From an uncultured bacterium (GTDB taxonomy: Bacteria > Krumholzibacteriota > Krumholzibacteriia > JACNKJ01), in the NCBI GenBank assembly GCA_963695095.1, contig CAVOFT010000001.1:1024001-1088000 (forward strand): DNA of 64,000 nucleotides. The letters run 5' to 3'. Within the stretch, counting starts at the first letter, position 1; each line of letters begins with the position of its first letter. The position numbers were made by a program, and so were the translations under genes. Positions 24,099-35,682 of this stretch are shown here, one piece after another. The notes below the pieces were generated by a model, which was not told where the DNA came from, ran no database searches, and worked only from the letters and a program-made list of their open reading frames with translations.

Positions 24099-25160
24099 CT
24101 AGCGGCGTCGCCGGCAGAGCGTCCTCAGCCCCCAGATCAAGTGACGTGGCCGCAGCCGTAGCAGATCGCGCGGCTCGAGGCGCCGCAGGCGAGCCAGGGC
24201 CCCAGCGCGGACGCGCGGATCGGCGAAGAAGCGGTGGCGATCCAGCGTTGAGCGATCCGCCAAGCGGGCCTCGAAGTCGGCCAACTGCGCGGGGGACAGG
24301 GGGCCTGTGCGACCGTGCATGATGGCATTGGCAAAGGGGATTGCAAAGAGCTGAACCAATGCCCCGTCGCGTAGGCCCGCTACCAGGTGCATGCCGTCCG
24401 CCTCGGTATCGCCACCGTCCCAGGCAAAGAGGTGGTTGCCGAGTCCGAAGGCGATCGGCGCCCCGGGTCCCAGGACAACTCCCTTGACGAAATGACTTCC
24501 CGTGCAGACAAGCAGCCCGCTGCCGAAGCCGGCGAGCCGACGGGCAAGGCTGAGTTCGTGCGGGCTGGGGTAGATGCTCCGCGAGCCGAGATGGGGAAAG
24601 CCAATGCTGAAGGCGGCTCCGGCCAGAGCTTCGGCGATCAGCGCCAGATCGTCCGATCGCGGGCGCAGGACACGATGCCGGGGATCGGCTTGGTCGAGCA
24701 AGTCCGTGAGCGACCAGACCGCCAGGCGTCCGGCCGCGGTATCCAGCTTGGCCACGGGGCGCTCGCGCAGGCCGAAGACCGCAAGGCCAGCGGCCTCCAG
24801 GAGCCTCAGGTTGCGGTCGAGGCCGGGAGCGCCGAAGGCGAGGGCGTGGTTGTTGGCCAGGGAGACATGGGTGAAGCCCAGCTCGCGGATGAGCCCGAGC
24901 GCACAGGACTCGCAGTCCGCATCCGCGGGACGGCCCTGCTCGCCCGGCAGGATGAACTCCAGGTTCAGGAAGCGGTGCTGGAAGTGGCCCAGCAGAGGGG
25001 CCTCTCGCTTCACATGAGCCGCCAAGGCGGCAGGGTCCGGGCGCCGGTTCCAGAAGCCGAAGTCGCCCGTGAAGGAGATGTAGACCGTATCGCTGCGAAG
25101 CTTTGCCTCGCCCTCCAGGACGAGAACGGCATGTCCGGCCAGCTCCCAGATCGCGCTCAT
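24099..25160 (-). CDS. CapA/PGA_cap-family metallophosphoesterase-like protein
   Basis: FTGD, FLNLE, VSLANNHAL, PHLG, GLGNHLF; ATG overlaps the FAH stop (TGATG). Confidence 0.7.
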   Translation of the reverse strand: MSAIWELAGHAVLVLEGEAKLRSDTVYISFTGDFGFWNRRPDPAALAAHVKREAPLLGHFQHRFLNLEFILPGEQGRPADADCESCALGLIRELGFTHVSLANNHALAFGAPGLDRNLRLLEAAGLAVFGLRERPVAKLDTAAGRLAVWSLTDLLDQADPRHRVLRPRSDDLALIAEALAGAAFSIGFPHLGSRSIYPSPHELSLARRLAGFGSGLLVCTGSHFVKGVVLGPGAPIAFGLGNHLFAWDGGDTEADGMHLVAGLRDGALVQLFAIPFANAIMHGRTGPLSPAQLADFEARLADRSTLDRHRFFADPRVRAGALARLRRLEPRDLLRLRPRHLIWGLRTLCRRRR

Positions 25161-26078
25161 CAGTCGGGTCCGCCGACCGTGCCGGCCAGCGTGCCCAGGC
25201 GCTCGATCTCGAGCTCGATGCGATCGCCCGGCACCAGCCAGCCGCCGGCCGTCTCCGGGCCGAGTTCGAGGATGCAGCCGCTGCCCACGGTGCCGCTGCC
25301 GAAGAGCTCGCCCGGCAGCAGGTCGACGCCGCGCGAGGCGCGCGCGATCATCTCGCCGAAGGAGTAGTGGATGCTCGCCCAGTTGCCGCGGCTGAGCTCG
25401 CGGCCGTTGCCGCCGGGCGATCATGGCCAGGTCGTAGCCCTTGCCGGCGCGGCGGTCCGCCAGCTCGTCGGGCGTGACCAGGCAGGGCCCGAGCGAGGTG
25501 GCGAAGTCCTTGCCCTTGGCGGGGCCGAGACCGACGCTCATCTCCTCGCGCTGCACGCGGCGGGCGCTCCAGTCGTTGAGCACGCAGTAGCCGGCGATGA
25601 GGGCCTCGGCCGCCGCCGGCTCGAGATCGCGCCCGCCGGCGCCGAGCACCGCGGCGACCTCCAGCTCGAAGTCCAGCCAGTCGCCGTCCGGCGGCACGGG
25701 GATCTCGGCCTCATGGCCGAAGAGCGCGTGCGGATTGGAGAAGTAGAAGACCGGGAACTGGTACCAGGCCTCGGGCACCGTGAGCCCCCGCCGCTCGCGC
25801 GCCCTGCGCACGTGCTCCTCGAAGGCGTAGAAATCGCGGAAGCTGGCCGCAGGCAACAGCGGCGGCAGCCAGCGCCAGCCGCCGGCCGGCAGCGCGGCCG
25901 CGGGGGACGGCGGGCGCCGGCCGAGCTGGGCCTGCCAGCGGGGCAGGCGGCCCAGATTGCCGCGGCCTAGAGGGCCGCCGCTGTCCTCCCCCAGGGCGGT
26001 GGCGAGATCGAAGCCCCGTCCATCCTGCCAGAACCCCAGGCGCGCCTGGCCCTGCAACTCGTAGTTGAACAGACGCAT
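25160..26078 (-). CDS. fumarylacetoacetate hydrolase family protein (frameshift near 25413)
   Basis: FRDFYAFEEH, PVFYFSN, DFELEVAAV, NDWSAR..Q, KGKDFATSLGP; shifted frame GSGTVGSGCILE. Confidence 0.9.
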
Positions 26079-26110
26079 GGCCCCCCTCCCGCTGCGCAAC
26101 CGCCTGCCGT

Positions 26111-27200
<1,090 letters not shown>

Positions 27201-27370
27201 GAGGGGCTCCCGGATCGGATTGAGGGGTTTGGACCTGCAGGTCATCAGAGATTACGAGGCCGGGGAGGGCGGCGCAAGCGTGCAATTGGACTTGCCCGGT
27301 CCCAATCCCTCGATTAGGCTGGCGGCAGCCGCAGTCCAAGCGCCTGCGCAGGCCGCAAGAAGGAGGAATC

Positions 27371-27808
27371 ATGAACAAGGTCTCGGATATCCTCAAGCGC
27401 AAGGGGACGGATGTCGCCTCCATCGGCGAGGCGGCCAGCGTGCTCGAGGCGGCGCGCGCGATGAACGAGCGCCGGATCGGCAGTCTCGTCGTGCTCCGCG
27501 GCGAGACCGTGATTGGCATCTTTTCGGAGCGGGACATCCTCACGCGAATCGTCGCCGAGAGCCGCGACCCCGTCGCGACTCGCGTCGGCGAGGTGATGAC
27601 CGCTCCCGTCGCCTGCTGCAAGCTGGGAACCAGTCTCGAAGAGTGCAAGTCGGTGATGACGGAGCAGCGCGTTCGCCACTTGCCAGTGGTCGAGGCGGGG
27701 CGCCTGCAGGGGATCGTCACCTCGGGCGATGTGCTGGCCTTCGAGGCCAAGGAGCAGGAGCACACGATCGAATTCCTCTACAACTACCTCTACGGCACTT
27801 CGCCCTGA
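27371..27808 (+). CDS. CBS-domain protein
   Basis: GIFSERD, VRHLPVV, GIVTSGD; AAGGAGG RBS. Confidence 0.9.
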   Translation: MNKVSDILKRKGTDVASIGEAASVLEAARAMNERRIGSLVVLRGETVIGIFSERDILTRIVAESRDPVATRVGEVMTAPVACCKLGTSLEECKSVMTEQRVRHLPVVEAGRLQGIVTSGDVLAFEAKEQEHTIEFLYNYLYGTSP

Positions 27809-27984
27809 GGCGCAGCGCTCGCGCCTGCCGATCGGCAGCCGCGCCGGCGGGGAATTACCTTGCGGGGCTGCAGGGCGCTGCCTAAACTGACCCGGCTTGC
27901 ACAGGCGTCGCCGCGAAGCTGCGGCAGCGAAGCGGTCTGACCGTCGGGGGACTCGGGGACGCCGAGGAGGAGGAGCTGCCAGCC

Positions 27985-29130
27985 ATGATCGTCGGCGTTG
28001 TCAAGGAGACCTATCCGGGCGAGCGGCGGGTCGCCATGATTCCCGCGCACCTGGGGCCACTGCTCAAGGCGGGCCTCGAACTGGTCGTCGAGCAGGCGGC
28101 GGGCGTGGCGGCGGGCTTTCCCGACGCGGCCTACACGGAGCGCGGCGCCACCCTGGCCACGCGGGCCGAAGTCTTCGCCCGCGCGGACATCCTGCTGCAG
28201 GTGCGCAGCCTGGGCGCCAATCCCGAAGCCGGCCAGGCGGACCTGCCGCTGCTGCGCAAGGGGCAGGTGCTGATCGGCCTCTCGGATCCCCTCGGCAATC
28301 CGGCCGCCGCGGCCGCGATCGCCGCCACGGGCGCCACCCAGTTCAGCCTCGAGTTGATCCCGCGCATCACGCGCGGCCAGGTGATGGACGTGCTGTCCTC
28401 GATGGCCACCGTGGCCGGCTACCGGGCGGTGATCCTGGCCGCCGAGCACCTGCCCCGCATGTTCCCGATGATGATGACCGCCGCGGGCACGCTGACCCCC
28501 GCCCACGTCTTCGTGATGGGAGCCGGCGTGGCCGGCCTGCAGGCGATCGCCAGCGCCCGCAAGCTGGGCGCGGTCGTCCAGGCCTACGATGTGCGCCCCG
28601 CCGTCAAGGAGCAGGTCGAGAGCCTGGGGGCCCGCTTCGTGGAGGTGCCGCTGGACACGGGGGCCGCCGAGGACGCCGGCGGCTACGCCCGCGAGCAGAG
28701 CGAGGAGTTCCTCGCCCGGCAGCGGGAGCTGCTGGCCAAGGTGATCGCCGCGAGCGACGTGGTGATCACCACCGCCGCGGTGCCCGGCAAGCGCGCGCCC
28801 ATCCTGGTGACGGCGGCCATGGTGGCGGGCATGGCGCCCGGCTCCGTCGTGGTGGACCTCGCGGCCGAGCGCGGCGGCAACTGCGAGTTGACCCGCCCCG
28901 ACGAGGTCGTCATGGCCGGCGGCGTGAGCATCCTGGGGCCCGCGAACCTGCCCAGCGACGTGCCCTTCCACGCCAGCCAGATGTTCGCCAAGAACGTGGC
29001 GAACTTCCTGCTCAACATGGTCAAGGACGGCGCGCTGGCGCTCGCCGCCGAGGACGAGATCGTGACCGAGACCCTGGTCGCCCGGGACGGCGCGGTCGTC
29101 CACCCGCGCGTCAAATCGCTGCTGGGCTGA
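27985..29130 (+). CDS. pntAA: NAD(P) transhydrogenase alpha subunit, part 1
   Basis: KETYPGERRVA, MDVLSSM, GAGVAGLQAI, DLAAERGGNC. Confidence 0.95.
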   Translation: MIVGVVKETYPGERRVAMIPAHLGPLLKAGLELVVEQAAGVAAGFPDAAYTERGATLATRAEVFARADILLQVRSLGANPEAGQADLPLLRKGQVLIGLSDPLGNPAAAAAIAATGATQFSLELIPRITRGQVMDVLSSMATVAGYRAVILAAEHLPRMFPMMMTAAGTLTPAHVFVMGAGVAGLQAIASARKLGAVVQAYDVRPAVKEQVESLGARFVEVPLDTGAAEDAGGYAREQSEEFLARQRELLAKVIAASDVVITTAAVPGKRAPILVTAAMVAGMAPGSVVVDLAAERGGNCELTRPDEVVMAGGVSILGPANLPSDVPFHASQMFAKNVANFLLNMVKDGALALAAEDEIVTETLVARDGAVVHPRVKSLLG

Positions 29131-29152
29131 GCGACCCGGCAAGGAGCGGAAC

Positions 29153-29440
29153 ATGGACTTCATCAGCATCCTCACCCTCTTCGCCCTGGCGATCTTCGTC
29201 GGCTTCGAGATCATCACGAAGGTGCCGCCGACCCTGCATACGCCCTTGATGTCCGGCTCCAACGCCATCAGCGGCATCACGGTCATCGGCGCCATCCTCG
29301 CCGCCGGGGCCGAGGGCGGCTCGCCCACGCTGGCTACCTGGCTGGGCGCGACGGCGGTGGTCTTCGCCACGATCAACGTCGTCGGCGGCTTCCTGGTCAC
29401 GCATCGCATGCTGGCCATGTTCAAGAAGAAGGAGAAGTAG
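29153..29440 (+). CDS. pntAB: NAD(P) transhydrogenase alpha subunit, part 2
   Basis: VPPTLHTPLMSGSNAISG, INVVGGFLVTHRML. Confidence 0.95.
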   Translation: MDFISILTLFALAIFVGFEIITKVPPTLHTPLMSGSNAISGITVIGAILAAGAEGGSPTLATWLGATAVVFATINVVGGFLVTHRMLAMFKKKEK

Positions 29441-29442
29441 CC

Positions 29443-30855
29443 GTGAGCGACGCTCTCCTCACCCATCTGATCAACCTGGCCTACCTGATCGCCTCGGTGC
29501 TCTTCATCGTCGGGCTCAAGGGCCTGGCCCACCCGCGCACGGCGGTGCGCGGGAACCTGACTGGCGGCATCGGCATGCTCATCGCCGTCATCGCCGTGCT
29601 GCTGGACCGCCACCTGCTCAGCTTCCAGTGGATCCTGATCAGCATCGTCATCGGCGGCGGCATCGGCGCCGTGCTGGCCAGGCGCGTGCCGATGACGGGG
29701 ATGCCCGAAATGGTCGCCCTCTTCAACGGCTTCGGCGGCCTGGCCTCGATCCTCGTCGCCGGTGCGGCGGTCTACCTGCCGCACATCGCGCTGCCGGACA
29801 ACGCCACGGCGAGCCAGATCCTGCAGGCGAACGTGGCGACGGGCGCGGCGGGCATCATCGGCGGCGTCACCTTCTTCGGCAGCCTGGTGGCCTACCTCAA
29901 GCTGGCCGAGCTGGCATTCAAGGGCAACGTCAGCTTCCCCGGGCTGAAGCTGTTCAATGCGTTGCTCCTGGCCGGCGCCGTGCTCTGCGCGGCCCTCCTC
30001 GTGCGCGAGCCGGGAGCCGACCTCTACTACTGGATCCTCGTCGGCCTCGCCTCCGTGCTGGGCGTCACCCTGACCATGCCCATCGGCGGCGCCGACATGC
30101 CGGTCGTGATCGCCCTGCTCAACAGCTACTCGGGCCTGGCCGCCGCCGCGACGGGATTCGTGCTCAGCAACAACGTGCTCATCATCGCCGGCTCGCTGGT
30201 GGGGGCTTCCGGCATCATCCTCTCCAACATCATGTGCAAGGCCATGAACCGCTCGCTCGGCAACGTCCTGTTCGGCGTCATGGCGGGGGGCGAATCGGCG
30301 AGCGCAGACGAGGTCTACGGTGGCCGCGTCAAGTCGACCAGCGCCGATGAGATCGCCATGATGCTGGATGGCGCAAGCCGAGTGGTCATCGTGCCGGGCT
30401 ACGGCATGGCCGTCTCCCAGGCGCAGCATGCCGTGCGCGACCTGGGCAACCTGCTCGAAAGCCGCGGCGCGACGGTGGAGTACGCCATCCATCCCGTCGC
30501 GGGACGCATGCCGGGGCACATGAACGTCCTGCTGGCCGAAGCGGACGTGCCCTACGACAAGCTGATCGAGATGGACCAGATCAACCCGACCATGGAGCAG
30601 GTGGACGTGGCGATCGTCGTGGGCGCCAACGATGTCGTCAACCCGGGGGCGCGCACCGATCCGCAGAGCCCCATCGCCGGCATGCCGGTCATCGACGTGG
30701 ACAAGGCGCGCACGGTGATCGTCATCAAGCGCTCCCTGAGTCCCGGCTTTGCGGGGATTCCGAATCCGCTGTTCGCCGCCGAGAATTGCCTGCTCTTCTT
30801 CGCCGACGGCAAGAAGGCCTTCCTGGAGATCGTCGCTGCGCTCAAGGCCCTCTAG
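29443..30855 (+). CDS. pntB: NAD(P) transhydrogenase beta subunit
   Basis: IGGADMPVVIALLNSYSG, PGYGMAVSQAQH, HPVAGRMPGHMNVLLAEA. Confidence 0.96.
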   Translation: MSDALLTHLINLAYLIASVLFIVGLKGLAHPRTAVRGNLTGGIGMLIAVIAVLLDRHLLSFQWILISIVIGGGIGAVLARRVPMTGMPEMVALFNGFGGLASILVAGAAVYLPHIALPDNATASQILQANVATGAAGIIGGVTFFGSLVAYLKLAELAFKGNVSFPGLKLFNALLLAGAVLCAALLVREPGADLYYWILVGLASVLGVTLTMPIGGADMPVVIALLNSYSGLAAAATGFVLSNNVLIIAGSLVGASGIILSNIMCKAMNRSLGNVLFGVMAGGESASADEVYGGRVKSTSADEIAMMLDGASRVVIVPGYGMAVSQAQHAVRDLGNLLESRGATVEYAIHPVAGRMPGHMNVLLAEADVPYDKLIEMDQINPTMEQVDVAIVVGANDVVNPGARTDPQSPIAGMPVIDVDKARTVIVIKRSLSPGFAGIPNPLFAAENCLLFFADGKKAFLEIVAALKAL

Positions 30856-30873
30856 CCGGCGACCGAAGGGGGA

Positions 30874-32520
30874 GTGTCGGTGAGTCAGCCGCGTTCACTG
30901 CGACGGCGCTTCATCATCCACATGAGCGTAGTCCTGCTGCTCATTCTGCTGGCGACGCGGCTGTACATGCTCGGCATGGCGCATCTGGAAGGGCATCCAC
31001 GCGGTTTTTGGCCCAGCCTGGAAGTGGTTTTCGAGTCGCTGACGGGGACAGGCTACGGCCGCGATGCCGACTGGCAGCATCCCCTGATGAACCTGTTCGT
31101 GATCGTTCTGCAGCTCATGGGCCTCACGCTGCTGCTGTCGATCTTCCCGCTCTACCTTGTTCCCTTCTTCGAGTCGCGCTTCGAGCCCAGGCTGCCGAGC
31201 AAGGCGCGGGCGATGGAGGGGCACGTCATCCTCTATGGCTATGATCTGGCGGTGAGCTCACTCCTCGGCGAACTCGAGAAGGCCGGCCAGCCCGTCCTGG
31301 TGCTGGAGGAGGACGAGCATGAGGCCCGAGAGCTGCGGGATCTGGGGCATCGAGTCATTCACCGGGACCTGGATGACGATGCGCTTCTCGATGCCGGCCT
31401 CATGCGCGCCGCCTCGATTGTCGCCAACGGCACCGATGCCAAGAACGTGACGCTGGCGCTCTCCGCGCGCCAGCTCGGCTTCACCGGTCCGATCCTGGGC
31501 ATCGTCAACGACCCCACTTACCTCGAGGTGCTCGGCATCGCCGGCTGCAGCGAGGTCGTGGCCCCCCGGCATCTGCTCGCGGTGGCGCTGGCCAAGCGCG
31601 CCAGCGAGAAGGTGAGCCCGACGCTCGCCGGCGCTCACCAGCTGGGCGAGCGCCTGGAGATCTTCCAGATCCGGATCCACCAGAAGAGCCGCCTCGTGGG
31701 CCTCGATCTGAGGCAGGCCGCGCTGGGCGCCAAGACCGGCGTCGTGGTCATCGGCCAGTGGATGGGCGGCGAGCTGGTCACGAGTCCGGGTCCGGAGATG
31801 ATCATCTGGCCCGGCTGCATCCTCGTGGTGGCCGGCTCGCACGAGAGCATCGAGCGGCTGATCCGCCTCGAAGCCGGGACGCGCCCCGTCTCCAAGCACG
31901 GACCCTTCGTGGTGGTGGGGCACGGGGAGGTGGGCAGCCAGGTGGCGGAGCTCCTGCGCGAGGCCGGGGAGCAGGTGCTCTGCATCGATTCGCGCGCGCG
32001 TCCCGGTGTGGATGTCGTCGGGGACGTCATGGCCCCGGAGACCCTGGGCAGCCTGTCCCTGGAGATCGCGCAGGGTGTGGTGCTGGCGCTCGACTCGGAC
32101 GCCACGACCCTCTTCGCCACCGTCTTCCTGCGCGATCGCAGCCACGGCGTGCCCATCCTGGCGCGCGTGAACGAGCCCGAAAATCTGGAGAAGATCCATC
32201 GCGCCGGCGCGGATTTCGCGCTCTCCTTCAGCCAGGTCGCCGGCAGCTTGCTGGTGGGCAAATTGCTCGGTCGCGAGACGCTCGAGCTCGATCCCCAGCT
32301 CAAGTTGCGGACGGTGGCCGGTCGGGCGTTCGGGAAGCAACACCCCTCCGCACTCGATCTGCGCACTCGCACGGGCTGCAGCATCGTCGGCGTGGAGCGT
32401 GGCGAGCAGCTGTTCACCGAGTTCGACGCGGACTTTCGTTTCGAGGCAGGCGACGAGGTCTTCGTCTGCGGCAGCCAGGGCGGCATCGCCCGCTTCGAAA
32501 AGGCCTACGATCTCGTTTAG
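30874..32520 (+). CDS. potassium channel-like protein with tandem TrkA-N/TrkA-C (RCK) domains
   Basis: 2 TM flanking pore-like SLTGTGYG; Rossmann-type GHGEVG; TrkA-C segments. Confidence 0.82.
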   Translation: MSVSQPRSLRRRFIIHMSVVLLLILLATRLYMLGMAHLEGHPRGFWPSLEVVFESLTGTGYGRDADWQHPLMNLFVIVLQLMGLTLLLSIFPLYLVPFFESRFEPRLPSKARAMEGHVILYGYDLAVSSLLGELEKAGQPVLVLEEDEHEARELRDLGHRVIHRDLDDDALLDAGLMRAASIVANGTDAKNVTLALSARQLGFTGPILGIVNDPTYLEVLGIAGCSEVVAPRHLLAVALAKRASEKVSPTLAGAHQLGERLEIFQIRIHQKSRLVGLDLRQAALGAKTGVVVIGQWMGGELVTSPGPEMIIWPGCILVVAGSHESIERLIRLEAGTRPVSKHGPFVVVGHGEVGSQVAELLREAGEQVLCIDSRARPGVDVVGDVMAPETLGSLSLEIAQGVVLALDSDATTLFATVFLRDRSHGVPILARVNEPENLEKIHRAGADFALSFSQVAGSLLVGKLLGRETLELDPQLKLRTVAGRAFGKQHPSALDLRTRTGCSIVGVERGEQLFTEFDADFRFEAGDEVFVCGSQGGIARFEKAYDLV

Positions 32521-32727
32521 CGGCCCTGACCCGGTCCCGATGACATGGAGCTCTCCACACCAATCTGGTGGGAGTGGCGGCAGCGGGCTACGGCCTCCTT
32601 CGCATCGCGGCCGGCGATGCCGCCGTGTCGGTGCTCTACCAGAAGCTCGACGGCAATCCTGCCTTCGGCGGCCGGCTCGCGCTCGAGCGGATCACCCGGA
32701 TCGGGCGGTGGGTCATGGAAGGCGCTC

Positions 32728-33186
32728 TTGACAATTAGTCGGCGGGGCTGGGGCTGGATCCTCGTCCAGCTGGCGATCTTCGCGTTGATCCTGTGGGCGC
32801 CGTCGAGCGGGCGGACGCGCTTTCCCGGCCCGATCCGCTGGCTGGGGCCGCTCCTGATCCTCAGCGGCGCCTGGCTGGGCGCGGGCGGCCTGCTGGCGCT
32901 GGGCCCCGCCCTCAGCATCTTCCCCGAGCCGCGCGCCGGCGGCCGCCTGACCGCGGCGGGGGTCTACACGCGGGTTCGGCACCCGATGTACGGTGGTTTG
33001 GTGCTGGGATCGCTGGGCCTGGCCCTCTGGCGGGGCAGCCTGATCGGCGTGGGGCTGGCCCTCGCGCTCCTGCTCTTCTTCGATCGCAAGTCGCGCCACG
33101 AGGAGCGGCGGCTCGAAGCCCGCTTCCCCAGCTACGCCGACTACCGGCGACAGGTGGGGAAGCGGCTCCTGCCCTGGATCTACTAG
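32728..33186 (+). CDS. isoprenylcysteine carboxylmethyltransferase/PEMT-family membrane protein
   Basis: GVYTRVRHPMYGG, EERRLEARFPSY; TTG start inferred. Confidence 0.82.
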   Translation: MTISRRGWGWILVQLAIFALILWAPSSGRTRFPGPIRWLGPLLILSGAWLGAGGLLALGPALSIFPEPRAGGRLTAAGVYTRVRHPMYGGLVLGSLGLALWRGSLIGVGLALALLLFFDRKSRHEERRLEARFPSYADYRRQVGKRLLPWIY

Positions 33187-33746
33187 CTCTGCTTGCCGGG
33201 CTTCGCCTTGCTCCCTGCGGCCGGCTGCTTGGCCTCGGCCTCGGCCGCGGCAATCAGGCCCTCGATCTTCGCCTTGAGCTGCGGCACGCCACGGGGGTCG
33301 AAGCCGACGGCGCTATGGGCGACCTTGCCATCCGGGCCGATCACGAAGGCGCTGGGGATGCTCTGCACGCCGAAGCGCGTGGCCACCTTGCCGCCCTCGT
33401 CAAAGACCGAGGGGAAGCCCGCCTGCTGCGCCTCCAAGAACTTGAGGCCGTCGGCGGCCTTGCGGTCCAGGCTCACGGCCAGCACGCGGAAGGGGCGGCC
33501 CTTGTACTCCTTGTGCAGGGCCTGCACCTCGGGGAAGGAGCGCCGGCAGGGTCCGCACCAGCTCGCCCAGAAGTCGAGGTAGACGACCTGCCCGCGCAGT
33601 TCCGAAAGGGTGTAGGTCTCCTTGCCGTCCAGGCTGCTGAGCGTGAAGTCGGGCGCCTGCTCGCCGACGGGCGTGAGCGCGAGCGCCGGCTGCGCCAGAC
33701 CGAGAGTCATGGCGAGGAGAGCGAGGCTGAGGAGGGTCTGCTTCAT
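33183..33746 (-). CDS. TlpA-family thiol-disulfide oxidoreductase
   Basis: signal peptide, APDFTL, DFWASWCGPC. Confidence 0.9.
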   Translation of the reverse strand: MKQTLLSLALLAMTLGLAQPALALTPVGEQAPDFTLSSLDGKETYTLSELRGQVVYLDFWASWCGPCRRSFPEVQALHKEYKGRPFRVLAVSLDRKAADGLKFLEAQQAGFPSVFDEGGKVATRFGVQSIPSAFVIGPDGKVAHSAVGFDPRGVPQLKAKIEGLIAAAEAEAKQPAAGSKAKPGKQS

Positions 33747-33782
33747 CGGCGGGAGCTCCTTGGGTGTCGTGAGGTGCCGGCG

Positions 33783-34271
33783 CTACTCATTGTCGCGGGT
33801 GGCGCCGATCTCGGTCTGGGGGTTCTCTGCGGTTGCAAGGTCCGTGCTCGCGTTCAGCACGTAATGATGCTCGATGGGCACGCTCGGTTTCAACATCGCA
33901 CCCACCGAGCAGTAGCGCTCGTGGCTGAGGGCGATGGCCTTCTCGAGCTGCCGGGCCTTGACGTCGCCGCGCACGTGGACGGTCAAGTCCACCTTCGTGA
34001 AGACGCGCGGCGGCTCGGGCGCCCGCTGGGCCCTGGCCTCGATGCGGAAATCCACCACGCGGGCCCGCATCTTCTCCAGCATGCCGAGCACGTCCATCGC
34101 CATGCAGCCGGCCAGGCCGGCCAGCACGAGCTCCACGGGCGAGGGTGCGGCGCCGTGGCCGCCGCCGGCCGGCGAGGTGTCCATGCTCAGCCAGTGGCCG
34201 CTGCCGCTGCGGGCGGCCAGGCTGAGGCCGTCCATGCGGACGAGGTCGATGCTCAAGCTGTCGTTCGCCAT
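33783..34271 (-). CDS. OsmC/YhfA family protein
   Basis: PSPVELVLAGLAGC..MDV, LSHERYCSV. Confidence 0.88.
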   Translation of the reverse strand: MANDSLSIDLVRMDGLSLAARSGSGHWLSMDTSPAGGGHGAAPSPVELVLAGLAGCMAMDVLGMLEKMRARVVDFRIEARAQRAPEPPRVFTKVDLTVHVRGDVKARQLEKAIALSHERYCSVGAMLKPSVPIEHHYVLNASTDLATAENPQTEIGATRDNE

Positions 34272-34308
34272 GTGGCTTCCTTTCCGGGACCGGGCTGCCG
34301 AGGCCGGG

Positions 34309-35346
34309 CTAGAGCAGGGCTTCCAGCTTGGCCAGCAGCGCGGGCTTCGGCATGGCGCCCACGATGCGGTCGGCCAGCTCGCCGTTCTTGAAGACCAGCA
34401 GGGTGGGGATCGACCGGATGTCGTACTCCGCCGGCACCTGCTGGTTCGCCTCGGTATCCAGCTTGCCGAAGACCATGCGGCCCGCCTGCTCGGCGGCCAG
34501 GGCCTCGACGATGGGCCCCACCATGCGGCAGGGGCCGCACCATTCGGCCCAGCAGTCCACGACGAGGAAGGGGTACTTCGCGACCGCGGCGGCGAAGTTC
34601 TCGTCGGTGATGACCAGGGGGGTGCTCGGGTCGTCGCCGAGCTTCATCTGCTCGGCGGCGCGGGCGGCGGCCGCCGCGAGCACGGCATCGGCGTCGCTGG
34701 CGCCGTAGCGCAGCACCTGGTCCACGAAGCTCTGCTCGGGCTGCCGGCCGAGCGTGCTGCTCGCCGGATCCTCGTTGATCACCTGCTGGGGGACGCTGCT
34801 TACCTGGAAGCGCTGGGCCAGTTCCATGTTCTCGGCGGCGCTGACGGCCACCGAGCGCACGCGGCCCTTGGCCTCGATGGCGATCTTGTGGTTCTGCAGC
34901 ACCGAGCCCGGGCAGTGGGGGCAGGTGGGGGTGACGAAGGAGTAGAGGAGCACGTCCTTGTCCAGGGCGGCCAGCTTGGCCTGGCTGTCGGGCGTCAGCT
35001 CGGAAGCGCCGCTGCCGATCAAGCCCAGGGTCTCGACCAGGGCGCCCGCCTCGTGACCGGTGGGGGCGCCGTGCACCTCGATGGCGTAGCCGAGCTCGGC
35101 GCCGAGCACGAGGCTGGGCGAGACGAGGCCGCGGGCGCGCTCGCTCTCGCCGAGGGTCCGCTCGCTCAACTCGATGCGGTCGCTGAGGGCCGCCAGTTCG
35201 CGCACGAACTGGCGCGTGAAGTCCACGGCCTCGGCATTCTCCTGGCCGGCGTAGAGCGTGATGTCCACGCTGCTCTGCAGGCGCTGGCCGAAGAAGTCGC
35301 GCAGGTTCTGTTCGGTCTGCTCGTCGATGAGCGGGGCGGCGTTCAT
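34309..35346 (-). CDS. fusion of AhpF-N-terminal/PDO-like domain and thioredoxin
   Basis: GAPTGHE, FVTPTCPHCP, VSSVP; C-terminal WAEWCGPC...IRSIPTLL. Confidence 0.85.
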   Translation of the reverse strand: MNAAPLIDEQTEQNLRDFFGQRLQSSVDITLYAGQENAEAVDFTRQFVRELAALSDRIELSERTLGESERARGLVSPSLVLGAELGYAIEVHGAPTGHEAGALVETLGLIGSGASELTPDSQAKLAALDKDVLLYSFVTPTCPHCPGSVLQNHKIAIEAKGRVRSVAVSAAENMELAQRFQVSSVPQQVINEDPASSTLGRQPEQSFVDQVLRYGASDADAVLAAAAARAAEQMKLGDDPSTPLVITDENFAAAVAKYPFLVVDCWAEWCGPCRMVGPIVEALAAEQAGRMVFGKLDTEANQQVPAEYDIRSIPTLLVFKNGELADRIVGAMPKPALLAKLEALL

Positions 35347-35390
35347 GGTGCCTCCAGGGGCGGCGCGCTGGCGCCTGCCAAGCGTTCGGG

Positions 35391-35657
35391 TCAGGACTGG
35401 GTCTCGAGGGTGGCCAGGAGCGGGCTCACCAGGGGCTCGTTGAGCTGGTAGCAGAGGGTCTGCCCCTGCCGGCTCACGCTCACCAGCCCGCAGTCGCGCA
35501 GCACGCGCAGATGCTGGCTGACGTTGGACTGCCGGAGATCGAGCTGCCTCTCGATCTCGCCGACACAGCAGCCGCTGCGGGCGAGGAGGTCGAGGATGCG
35601 CAGGCGGGTGGGATGCCCCATCGCCCTGAGTCGCGCACTGGCCAGATCGAAGTCCAC
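35391..35657 (-). CDS. ArsR/SmtB family transcriptional regulator
   Basis: AMGHPTRLRIL, CCVGEI, QSNVSQHLRVLR; GTG start inferred. Confidence 0.9.
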   Translation of the reverse strand: MDFDLASARLRAMGHPTRLRILDLLARSGCCVGEIERQLDLRQSNVSQHLRVLRDCGLVSVSRQGQTLCYQLNEPLVSPLLATLETQS

Positions 35658-35682
35658 GCTGCCCTGCTCCCGTCTGTATGAG

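Noticed and set aside
24099..26099. Apparent FAH-CapA fusion (666 aa)
   Set aside because: Caused by the frameshift near 25413; FAH ends at 25160 in another frame and the CapA-like gene has its own ATG.
32521..32727. Possible gene remnant or N-terminal extension before the methyltransferase
   Set aside because: No recognisable motif in any frame; treated as intergenic.
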